A stretch of DNA of 64,000 bases, taken from positions 2,336,001 through 2,400,000 of the forward strand of contig OY970342.1 of NCBI GenBank assembly GCA_963717505.1. Reading direction: 5' to 3'. Below, in pieces: positions 22,299 through 30,294 of the stretch (its first letter is position 1; the number at the start of each line of letters is the position of its first letter). The notes below the pieces were generated by a model. The model did no database searches. It was not told the DNA's origin and saw only the letters and a program-made list of their open reading frames with translations. The stretch is from Candidatus Eiseniibacteriota bacterium. GTDB taxonomy: Bacteria > Eisenbacteria > RBG-16-71-46. The position numbers were made by a program, and so were the translations under genes.

Positions 22299-24965
22299 GT
22301 GGGAATCGAGAAGGGTAGCCGGCTGGGTCCCTACGAAATCATCGGGCCACTCGGCGCGGGCGGCATGGGTGAAGTGTATCGCGCCAAGGACACGCGGCTC
22401 GGTCGCGACGTGGCGATCAAGGCGCTGCCAGACGAGTTCTCACGGGATCCCGATCGGCTGGCCCGGTTCGAGCGCGAGGCCCGTCTGCTGGCCTCGCTCC
22501 AGCACGCGAACATCGCCGGCATCCACGGGCTCGAGGTCGTGGAGGGGCGTCGCTACCTCGTTCTCGAGTGCGTCGAGGGCGAGACGCTCGCGGCGCGGAT
22601 CCGGCGTGGTGCGATCCCAGTGGACGAGACGATCGATATCGCCCGTGCGGTCGCGGCGGCGCTGGAGGCGGCGCACGAGGCGGGGATCGTGCATCGGGAC
22701 CTGAAGCCCGGAAACGTGATGCTGACGGGCGCGGGCGATGTGAAGGTGCTCGACTTCGGCCTGGCCAAAGGCGGAGACGGCGCGGGTTCGGCCTCCGATC
22801 CAGCGTTGTCCGCATCTCCCACGCTCACCCATGCCGGAACGCAGGCCGGAGTGATCCTCGGGACCGCCGCCTACATGAGTCCCGAGCAGGCGCGCGGCAA
22901 GGCTGTGGATCGGCGCACGGACATCTGGTCGTTCGGTTGCCTGGTGTTCGAGTGCCTGACCTCACGGCAGACCTTCGCGGGCGAAACCGTATCGGACATC
23001 GTCGCGAACATCCTACAGGGCGAGCCCGCGTGGAGCGCGCTTCCTGCGAGCACGCCCGAGCGACTGCGCGGGTTGCTGCGCCGCTGCCTCGAGAAGGACG
23101 TCAAGCGCCGCCAGCGCGACATCGGCGACGCGCGTATCGAGTTGGAGGACCTGCAGGCGCTGCGCGAGTCGAACCGTGTCTCGCGAACGACCGCAGCGTC
23201 CCGAGGGCCGGCGGGCGCCCGGCTCTGGGCCCTGGTCTCCGTTGCCGCTGCCGTCGCGGCTGCCGCCGCCTGGGTCGCCGCGGTGAAGTGGAACGCCGCG
23301 CCCCCCGTGCATCCGGTGCGATTCGAGATCTCAGGGCCGAAGCATCGCGATATCTGGCCGGACGCGGCGGCGGCCGCGCTCTCGCCCGACGGGCAGTGGC
23401 TGGCCATGATCGTAGAGGATTCCTCATTCACGTCGAGCATCTGGGTCCGGCGGTTGGATTCGCTGACGCCGCGGGAACTGCCGGGGAGCGAGAATGCGAC
23501 GATCATGTTCTGGTCGCCGGACAGCCGCTACCTCGCATTCTTTGCCGGCGATCACTTGCTCTCGAAAATTGCGATTGCCGGCGGCGAACCCGAACGGATC
23601 TGCGAGGTCAAGACGGCACGCGGCGGCACGTGGAATCGGGACGGCGTCATCCTGCTCGCGCCCTATTCAAATGGGGGCATCTATCGGGTGTCCGCGAATG
23701 GCGGCGAGCCGGTGGCGATCACGCGTCCCGACTCCGCGAACGGGGAGACCGGCAACCGGTTTCCGCAGTTCCTTCCCGACGGCAAGCACTTCTTGTTCAC
23801 TGGCGTGCCCGCAGGCGCGGACGGCAAGGTCGGACTCTACGTTGGATCGCTCAACGGCGGTGCGCCACGACCCGTGGCGCGGGTCGAGACCGGTGCGATC
23901 TACTGCAATCCGGGCTGGCTGCTCACGACCCGTAGCAACTCGCTGGTGGCGCAACGATTCGATGCGCGCACGCAGCGATTGCTCGGCGAGCCGTCGACCC
24001 TTGGAGACGCGCCGATGTTCACTCAATACAGCGGTGGGCCGCCAATGTCCGCCTCGCGCACGGGCGCACTCGCTTACTCGACCCGCATTTTTCCGGCCCA
24101 GCGTTTGTCATGGATGGATCTCGCGGGACACGAAACTGAAATTCCCGGCTTCGCCGGCGGTCTGTATTTTTATTTGATGGTTTCGCCCGATGGGCGCCGA
24201 GCGCTACTTTCCGGTGCTTCGAACGATTTCAAGGGTGTCCTCTCACTCGTGGATCTCGAGCGCGGCACCGTGTCGCGGTTGTCATCGCCAACCGAGGACG
24301 TCGGCAGCGCGGTGTGGTCGCCCGATGGCCGGCGCATCGCGTACCTGAATGGATCCAATGGAACGCTGGTGGTCCGCTCGCTCGCGGATGGGAGCAGTCG
24401 CAGCTTTCTCGCCTCCGACCCCTCGTACAAGCGACTCGACGAGTGGTCGCACGACGGCCGATACCTCCTGTTCGAGCGATTGGACGCCACCAGCAAGTGG
24501 GACGTGTGGCTGCTTCCGGTCGAGGGGGACAGCACGCCGCGGGTCGCCGTACGATCGGCGGCCAATGAAGAGGCTGCCCGGCTCTCGCCCGACGGGCGCT
24601 GGGTCGCGTTCACGTCCGACGAGACCGGGGTCGCGGAAATCTACGTGCAATCGGTGGGCTCTGCGGGGCTCAAGTACCAGGTCACGACCGGGGGCGGCGG
24701 ACCCTGGTACTGGTCGCGTGATGGGAAGTCATTGGTCTTCCAACGGGCCGATCGGTCGGGAGTGCTATTCCGGGCTGCGGTGCAGGCGTCCGGAGAATTC
24801 TCGCTGGGCCCTCCGAGTGTGTTCTTCCGCCTGCCGGAGGACTTCACGTACGCCTATCCCGCTCCCGACGAAAAGCGATTCCTGATGCTCCGCCCGGCGG
24901 AGAAGCCGGAACGTCAGACGATCACCGTGCTCCAGAACTGGCAGGCCGCGCTGAGGAAACCATGA
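22299..24965 (+). CDS. Hanks-type Ser/Thr kinase with TM and TolB-like beta-propeller
   Basis: GAGGMGEVYRA, VAIK, HRDLKPGN, DFG, YMSPEQ; SPDG repeats in C-term. Confidence 0.93.
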   Translation: MGIEKGSRLGPYEIIGPLGAGGMGEVYRAKDTRLGRDVAIKALPDEFSRDPDRLARFEREARLLASLQHANIAGIHGLEVVEGRRYLVLECVEGETLAARIRRGAIPVDETIDIARAVAAALEAAHEAGIVHRDLKPGNVMLTGAGDVKVLDFGLAKGGDGAGSASDPALSASPTLTHAGTQAGVILGTAAYMSPEQARGKAVDRRTDIWSFGCLVFECLTSRQTFAGETVSDIVANILQGEPAWSALPASTPERLRGLLRRCLEKDVKRRQRDIGDARIELEDLQALRESNRVSRTTAASRGPAGARLWALVSVAAAVAAAAAWVAAVKWNAAPPVHPVRFEISGPKHRDIWPDAAAAALSPDGQWLAMIVEDSSFTSSIWVRRLDSLTPRELPGSENATIMFWSPDSRYLAFFAGDHLLSKIAIAGGEPERICEVKTARGGTWNRDGVILLAPYSNGGIYRVSANGGEPVAITRPDSANGETGNRFPQFLPDGKHFLFTGVPAGADGKVGLYVGSLNGGAPRPVARVETGAIYCNPGWLLTTRSNSLVAQRFDARTQRLLGEPSTLGDAPMFTQYSGGPPMSASRTGALAYSTRIFPAQRLSWMDLAGHETEIPGFAGGLYFYLMVSPDGRRALLSGASNDFKGVLSLVDLERGTVSRLSSPTEDVGSAVWSPDGRRIAYLNGSNGTLVVRSLADGSSRSFLASDPSYKRLDEWSHDGRYLLFERLDATSKWDVWLLPVEGDSTPRVAVRSAANEEAARLSPDGRWVAFTSDETGVAEIYVQSVGSAGLKYQVTTGGGGPWYWSRDGKSLVFQRADRSGVLFRAAVQASGEFSLGPPSVFFRLPEDFTYAYPAPDEKRFLMLRPAEKPERQTITVLQNWQAALRKP

Positions 24966-24987
24966 CGCTTGCCGGTCGTGGACGCTT

Positions 24988-25075
24988 TCATGGGCTGGCG
25001 CTCCGTCGCGACTCGTAGGCTCGATGCTGGAGCGCTTCCGCGATCCGTAGCGCGGTGACGTAGGTCTCGTCGGCT
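24988..25075 (-). pseudogene. Displaced/diverged copy of the comM 3' end
   Basis: Encodes VTALRIAEALQHRAYESRRSASP* versus VTASRLAEALQYRAYESRRNTGG* of intact comM. Confidence 0.8.
25002..25060. repeat. Direct repeat copy 1 (island boundary)
   Basis: TCCGTCGCGACTCGTAGGCTCG (25002-25023) identical to 28139-28160; 50/59 identity over 59 bp by manual alignment. Confidence 0.85.
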
Positions 25076-25260
25076 ATGAGCCCCGCGGCCTCAGCGCTCA
25101 GCGGCTTCGAGCCATCCTTGGCGACTGCTCGCTGGCGTCCCGGGGTAGAACCTCCCGACCGAAACGGGTGGTCCAAGCAACGGATTGACTTCCCCCAACG
25201 TGCCCACCGATCATCCGCGCGTGTTTCCCCCCGGTTCGGCGCTCCCGTGGAGGAATCGAG

Positions 25261-26127
25261 ATGTTCGAGGCTTCGTGGGGTTCTTCGCGGCCTCCGGCGG
25301 TGTACGGGCCCGGGGGCTTGGTGCGCGAGGGCTGTCCAGTCGCCAGGGGCGTCACAGCTCCGCCGCCGCGGCTGCTTGATCAGCTGCGACAAGCCATCCG
25401 CGTTCGGCACTACAGTCGCCGGACCGAGAAGGCCTACGTCGGGTGGGTGAGACGCTTCGTTCTGTTCCATGGCAAGCGCCATCCGCAGGAGATGGGTAAG
25501 GCCGAGGTCACCGCGTTCCTCTCCCGTCTCGCTACCGACGGCAGCCTGAGCGCCTCCACGCAGAACCAGGCGCTGAGCGCTCTACTGTTCCTGTATGCGC
25601 AGGTTCTCAACCAGGACATCGGCTGGCTCGACGAACTGGTTCGAGCGAAACGCCCTGCCCGTGTACCCGTCGTGCTGACTCGCGGGGAGGTAAGGGCGGT
25701 GCTCGCGCGGCTCCGGGCCCTTCATGCACGAGATCTCCTCAATGGGATGGGCGGCGTCGAGCTTCCCCTCGCGCTGGAGCGCAAGTACCCGCGGGCGGCC
25801 TACGAGATCGGTTGGCAGTGGGTGTTCCCGGCGACGCGGTTCTACATGGACCCCGAGAGCGGCCGGCGCCGGCGGCACCACATGCACGAATCCGTGCTCC
25901 AGCGCGCCATGCGCGACGCCGTGCAGGGCGCCCGCATCTCAAAGCCCGCCAGCTGCCACACGCTTCGGCATTCGTTCGCGACACACCTGCTCGAGAACGG
26001 CTATGACATCCGGACGATTCAGGAGCTGCTCGGCCACCGCGACGTGAGCACCACCATGATCTACACCCATGTCCTCAACCGCGGCGGGCGAGGCGTGACC
26101 AGTCCGCTCGACGGGGGCTCGAGATGA
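25261..26127 (+). CDS. intI: Integron integrase with in-frame internal deletion of box I (probably inactive)
   Basis: [25 protein letters not shown], integron-specific [40 protein letters not shown]; LYGxGxR and GKGxKDR segments absent; start uncertain. Confidence 0.9.
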   Translation: MFEASWGSSRPPAVYGPGGLVREGCPVARGVTAPPPRLLDQLRQAIRVRHYSRRTEKAYVGWVRRFVLFHGKRHPQEMGKAEVTAFLSRLATDGSLSASTQNQALSALLFLYAQVLNQDIGWLDELVRAKRPARVPVVLTRGEVRAVLARLRALHARDLLNGMGGVELPLALERKYPRAAYEIGWQWVFPATRFYMDPESGRRRRHHMHESVLQRAMRDAVQGARISKPASCHTLRHSFATHLLENGYDIRTIQELLGHRDVSTTMIYTHVLNRGGRGVTSPLDGGSR

Positions 26128-26259
26128 CGCCCCGCTCACGCACGCGCTACACCGCCGCCAGCTCGCAGCATATCTGGCTATCGCGCGAGTACGAGCTGCC
26201 CGAGACGTTGCTCCTGAGGCATAGCATCGCGATCTTGGCATTGAGCGACCCGAATACAC

Positions 26260-26314
26260 GGGCGGCCACTTGCAGCCGATTCGACTACCCCGAACCATCT
26301 ACTGCTTGTTATGC
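26260..26314 (+). other. Putative attI; core GTTATGC at 26308-26314
   Basis: GTTATGC is the exact complement of the first cassette's R'' GCATAAC; lies just before the first cassette ORF; left limit approximate. Confidence 0.55.
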
Positions 26315-26332
26315 ACACAAAGGTGGACCTAG

Positions 26333-26758
26333 GTGAGTGATCGCCGGATCGATGCCTTCTTCTACGGCCTGTTCATGGACCAGGAGATCCTTCGCAACGC
26401 TGGCGTGGAACCAATCAACCCGCGGCGGGCCTATGTCGAGGAGTTCGCGTTACGTATCGGGCAGCGTGCCACGCTGGTTCCATCCGACGGAGCTCGCGCC
26501 TACGGTATGCTCTTTGGGCTCACGCACCCTGAACTCGACAAACTCTACGCGGCTCCCGGGCTTGAGCAGTATCGCCCGGAAGCGGTACTCGTCCAGCCAC
26601 TGGAGGGCAGGTCGACGCCCGCCCTGTGCTACAACCTACGTGAAGTACCGGGGGCAGACGAACGAAATCCTGAATACGCGACGCGGCTTGAGCGCGCACT
26701 CAGCAAACTGGGCTTTCCGGCAGAGTATGTCGCGTCCGTTCGTGAGCATGGTGCATAA
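26333..26758 (+). CDS. Cassette 1: gamma-glutamylcyclotransferase-like protein
   Basis: FFYGLFMD, RATLVP, YGML..L...ELDKLY; TAA stop within attC R''. Confidence 0.75.
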   Translation: MSDRRIDAFFYGLFMDQEILRNAGVEPINPRRAYVEEFALRIGQRATLVPSDGARAYGMLFGLTHPELDKLYAAPGLEQYRPEAVLVQPLEGRSTPALCYNLREVPGADERNPEYATRLERALSKLGFPAEYVASVREHGA

Positions 26759-26839
26759 CTTCAGCGTGAAGCGGACGCGCTCGTCGCACCGGCTTCGGTG
26801 TCTACTTGGTGGGTGCGCCGCTTACGCTGGGCGTTAGAC
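26753..26839 (+). other. attC site 1
   Basis: R'' GCATAAC, arms CAGCGTGAAGCGG/CCGCTTACGCTG with extrahelical base, R' GTTAGAC. Confidence 0.85.
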
Positions 26840-26846
26840 AGAGTCC

Positions 26847-27332
26847 ATGAACTGGCCGGACACCATCCTTGCACTGGAGAATCGAAGCGTGGGAGCGCAC
26901 GGCGAGCCGACGCTGGGCGAGGCGCTTGCGCTCGCTATCGCGGAGTGGGATGCGGGAAACCGTGACCGAGAGTTGCGACTGCACCTTCTCTTTCTGGCGT
27001 GGTACTGCAATCTGGAACCTCCTCACCTCACGGGCTTTGACGAGATGGTCGTCCCATCCGCTCGACTTCCCCAGGTTTTCTCAGCCGTCTATGAGACCTT
27101 CGCTGGGTCCATCCTTGACGATGCTGAGGCGCTGTACGTGGTGGGTCTCATCGCTCAACTCACACCGTGGCTCCTCGGCGGCGACCACGAGACCTGGGAA
27201 GCCCGAAGTCGCGATTATCGTGCGCGGTATAGGGCACTGGTTCCAGGAGGCCTGGAACCGTCCACCTTCCAGGGCCGTGGCGCGTATGGCGACTACTTTG
27301 CGGGTCAAGTTCAAGTGCCAGGTGGATTCTGA
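26847..27332 (+). CDS. Cassette 2: hypothetical protein
   Basis: 161-aa ORF filling the space between attC1 and attC2. Confidence 0.7.
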   Translation: MNWPDTILALENRSVGAHGEPTLGEALALAIAEWDAGNRDRELRLHLLFLAWYCNLEPPHLTGFDEMVVPSARLPQVFSAVYETFAGSILDDAEALYVVGLIAQLTPWLLGGDHETWEARSRDYRARYRALVPGGLEPSTFQGRGAYGDYFAGQVQVPGGF

Positions 27333-27348
27333 GAATGGAAACGACTCT

Positions 27349-27426
27349 GCCTAACAACGCGCTGGAGCCGACAGCGCATCTGGAAGAGAGCATGAACGCG
27401 CTGCGGCTCAGCGCGAATCGTTAGGC
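27349..27426 (+). other. attC site 2
   Basis: R'' GCCTAAC, arms CGCGCTGGAGCCG/CGGCTCAGCGCG, R' GTTAGGC. Confidence 0.9.
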
Positions 27427-27476
27427 GGAGAGCTGAGATGACCCGCCCCCGAGCCTGAGGAAGTGAGGAGAACAAG

Positions 27477-27701
27477 ATGAGTGGTCAACCCGAACATCGC
27501 GATCCCGACGAGCTCTCCGTACCGGAGAAGATCCTCCGCGTTCAAGACCTGTGGGATGACATTGCGCGCTCGCCTCGCGATGTCGAGATCACCCCGGCGC
27601 AGCGCGAGGAAGCCGAGCGCCGACTTCTCGAGCACGAGAGCAATCCGCGGGAATACTCGTCGTGGGAGGAGATCAAGCGCAGATTGGAAGGTGGGCGATG
27701 A
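27477..27701 (+). CDS. Cassette 3: addiction module antitoxin component
   Basis: LSVPEKILRVQDLWDDI...ERRL...SWEEIKRRL; GAGGAG RBS; coupled to toxin. Confidence 0.85.
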   Translation: MSGQPEHRDPDELSVPEKILRVQDLWDDIARSPRDVEITPAQREEAERRLLEHESNPREYSSWEEIKRRLEGGR

Positions 27702-28045
27702 GGCGGCCGGTACATCTCTTGCTCGATGCCGAACGAGAACTGGAGGACGCGTTCTGGTGGTATGAACGCCAACGGAGCGGCCTCGGCCTCGAGTTTCTGC
27801 TCGCGTTCGACGCTGTGGTCGAGAGCCTGCGGCGTCTTCCCGAAGGGCACGAGATTGTCGCACTGAAAACGCGCAAGGCGCTGCTCCGGCGCTTTCCGTA
27901 CCTTGTGCTGTACGCGGTCGAGGCAGACCGCATTCTCATCACGGCAGTGTTCCACGGTCGGCGCGATCCGGTGCGATGGTCAGATCGCGTACGCGAGAGT
28001 GCCTTCAGAGTAGGAGAGATCGATGCGGCACGCGTTCCCGCCTAA
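27698..28045 (+). CDS. Cassette 3: RelE/ParE family toxin
   Basis: AERELEDAFWWYERQRSGLGLEF, RRFPYLVLY, AVFHGRRDP. Confidence 0.9.
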   Translation: MRRPVHLLLDAERELEDAFWWYERQRSGLGLEFLLAFDAVVESLRRLPEGHEIVALKTRKALLRRFPYLVLYAVEADRILITAVFHGRRDPVRWSDRVRESAFRVGEIDAARVPA

Positions 28046-28103
28046 CATCGGCTTGCAGCGGACGGTCCGCTGAGCGGCCCGCCGCTGAAGCGGAACGTTA
28101 GCG
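28040..28103 (+). other. attC site 3
   Basis: R'' GCCTAAC, arms GCTTGCAGCGG/CCGCTGAAGC, R' GTTAGCG. Confidence 0.88.
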
Positions 28104-28124
28104 AGTAGGAGCTGGCGGATTTCA

Positions 28125-29639
28125 TCAACCGCCGGTGTTCCGTCGCGACTCGTAGGCTCGGTACTGGAGTGCCTCGGCGAGCCGGCTCGCGGTGACGAGC
28201 GACTCTCCTGCGAGATCGGCGATGGTGCGCGCGACCCGCAGCGCGCGGTGGACGGCGCGCGCCGACATACCGCCCCGATCGATCGCGTCCGCTATCAGTC
28301 TCCGCCCGGCCGTATCCGGTGAGCAGTGCTCGCGCAGCGCGGCATTCGACAACATTGCGTTGAGCGCGCCGCGCTCGCGTTGGCGCGCCCGCGCCAGCAG
28401 TACACGCTCGCGGACCACTTCGCTCGCTTCGCCGGGCGGGGCGGCGAGTAGTTCCTCCGAGGTGAGCGCCGGCACTTCGATTTGCAGATCCAGCCGATCC
28501 AGCACCGGACCGCTGACGCGCGCCGCATAGCGGGTGAGATCACCGGGCGTGCACTTGCACGAGCGCTTCGGGTGTCCCAGCCAGCCACAACCGCACGGAT
28601 TCATCGCGGCCATCACCAGAGCGCGCGCGGGAAAGCGCGCCGATCCCATCGAGCGCGTGATCCAGACCGATCCGCTCTCGAGCGGTTCGCGCAGCGCATC
28701 GAGCGTCGTACGCGCAAACTCGCCCAGCTCGTCGAGGAACAGCACGCCGCCATGCGCCAATGAGATCTCGCCGGGGCGCGGCGGGGATCCGCCGCCAACC
28801 AGGCCAGCCGGGGAGATCGTGTGGTGGGGCGCACGAAACGGGCGTATGGTCATCAACCCGCGGCCGGGTGCGCGCAGGCCGGCGCCGGAATGAAGCCGAG
28901 TGACGGTTCGCGCCTCGTCGGGATCGAGCGCCGGCAGAATGCTCGGCAGGCGACGCGCGAGCATCGACTTGCCGGCGCCCGGCGGACCGACGAGCAACAT
29001 GTGATGGCCGCCGGCCGCGGCGATCTCCAGGGCTCGTCGCGCCATTCCCTGGCCGCGCACCTCGGAAAGATCCTCGAGCTCGGTGCTCGGAGTGTCGTGC
29101 GCCGCGGGAGCCTGTCGTTCCAGCTCCAGCTCGCCACGCAGCCACGACGCCGCCGCGCACAAGTCGCTCACGCCGTGGACGGTGAGCGGCTCGACCAGAG
29201 CGGCCTCGGGCGCGGCGGAGGCGGCACACAACAATGTGGTCGCGCCCGCGCGCCACGCGATCTCGGCGAGCGCCAGCGTGCCACGGGTGCCACGCAACGT
29301 GCCGTCGAGCGCCAGCTCGCCGATCGCCGCCGTGCCCTCGAGCTTCTCGCTCGGCGCCTGCGACGTCGCGGCCAGGATCCCGAGTGCGACTGCGAGATCG
29401 GCGGCAGCACCCTCCTTGCGGCGCCCCGCCGGCGCCAGGTTCGCGGTCACTCTTCGGTCCGGAAGCTGGAACCCCGAATTCCGGAGCGCGGGCCATACCC
29501 GGTCGCGCGCCTCGCGCGCCGTCGCGTCCGGCAGGCCGACCAGCACGAAACCGGGCAACCCCTGGCCGACGTCGATTTCGCATTCGACGGCCAGCGCTTC
29601 GAGCCCCCACAGGGCTGCGGTTCGGATGCGTGCGAGCAG
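28125..29639 (-). CDS. comM: YifB/ComM Mg-chelatase-like AAA+ ATPase
   Basis: VGLPD, NLAPA..RKEG, GPPGAGKSML, RPFRAPHHT, PGEISLAHGGVLFLDE, AAMNPC; family start position is a CTG. Confidence 0.93.
   Translation of the reverse strand: MLARIRTAALWGLEALAVECEIDVGQGLPGFVLVGLPDATAREARDRVWPALRNSGFQLPDRRVTANLAPAGRRKEGAAADLAVALGILAATSQAPSEKLEGTAAIGELALDGTLRGTRGTLALAEIAWRAGATTLLCAASAAPEAALVEPLTVHGVSDLCAAASWLRGELELERQAPAAHDTPSTELEDLSEVRGQGMARRALEIAAAGGHHMLLVGPPGAGKSMLARRLPSILPALDPDEARTVTRLHSGAGLRAPGRGLMTIRPFRAPHHTISPAGLVGGGSPPRPGEISLAHGGVLFLDELGEFARTTLDALREPLESGSVWITRSMGSARFPARALVMAAMNPCGCGWLGHPKRSCKCTPGDLTRYAARVSGPVLDRLDLQIEVPALTSEELLAAPPGEASEVVRERVLLARARQRERGALNAMLSNAALREHCSPDTAGRRLIADAIDRGGMSARAVHRALRVARTIADLAGESLVTASRLAEALQYRAYESRRNTGG
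28139..28197. repeat. Direct repeat copy 2 (inside comM 3' end)
   Basis: Matches 25002-25060. Confidence 0.85.
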
Positions 29640-29710
29640 GAGTCTCCCGGGCGGGGGCGTGTAGAATTGGCAGGTCCCGTGCCGGCGGCCGGTGCGGAGA
29701 GGAGGGAATC

Positions 29711-30091
29711 TTGACGAACCCCAAGCAGTCCTACCCCTACGCGACACATCTGAACGTCCTCCACGAAGCACTCGAGGTCGTCGACGTTCAGAAGCTGGTA
29801 ACCGCCTGCACGGACCGCTGGTACAACCAGACGCTCTGCCAGGTGAACGACTCGGTCGTCCGGCTCGGCGTCATCCAGGGCGAATATCACTGGCACAAGC
29901 ACGATGACCTGGACGAGTTCTTCTAGGTGGTCGAGGGTCGACTGCTCATCGACCTCGAGGGGCGCACAGTGGAGTTGACCGAGCGGCAGGGCTTCGTGGT
30001 GCCGAAGAGGGTGGAGCACCGAACGCGGGCCCCGGAGCGTACCGTGATCCTGATGGTCGAGGGCGCCGGCATCATCCCCACCGGCGACTGA
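29711..30091 (+). pseudogene. Cupin domain protein interrupted by in-frame TAG (29924-29926)
   Basis: GEYHWHKH..DEFF*VVEG...GFVVPKRVEHRTRA; frame intact either side; GGAGG RBS before TTG. Confidence 0.8.
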
Positions 30092-30106
30092 TCTCGCGAA
30101 ATTATT

Positions 30107-30135
30107 TTCACTCCACGACGATCGTGGGGTACATT
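30107..30135 (+). promoter_or_regulatory. Sigma70-type promoter with palindromic spacer
   Basis: TTCACT-17-TACATT; spacer holds CCACGA-CGA-TCGTGG. Confidence 0.45.
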
Positions 30136-30157
30136 TCTACGTCCTCTGCACGTATGT

Positions 30158-30225
30158 GCGGGGGCTAGTTCGCTCGACTGCCCGGGTGCGGCCCCCGGCT
30201 TCGGCGGATGACGCCCCCGCTTTTT
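30158..30225 (+). terminator. Long hairpin plus T5 (terminator or candidate sRNA 3' end)
   Basis: GCGGGGGC (30158-30165) pairs with GCCCCCGC (30213-30220), followed by TTTTT. Confidence 0.5.
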
Positions 30226-30294
30226 CGTTGCCCCTGCCCGCAAGGACCGCCGGCTTTGACGCTGGTTCCAAGCCCCGCCTAGAGTCGCTCCGGC

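Larger units (their letters stand above)
25002..28197. mobile_element. Integron island (intI, attI, 3 cassettes) at comM 3' end
   Basis: IntI homolog, three attC sites, flanking direct repeat of the comM 3' end. Confidence 0.85.

Noticed and set aside
26124-26336. 70-aa ORF between intI and the first cassette
   Set aside because: Spans the attI region, no motif; could be a leader ORF but unsupported
26753-28103. Repeated palindromes as a CRISPR array or REP elements
   Set aside because: Non-identical, separated by whole genes, with RYYYAAC/GTTRRRY ends: attC sites; no cas genes
30140-30225. tRNA-Sec or SRP RNA
   Set aside because: No cloverleaf, UCA anticodon loop or SRP core motif; kept only as an unclassified sRNA candidate
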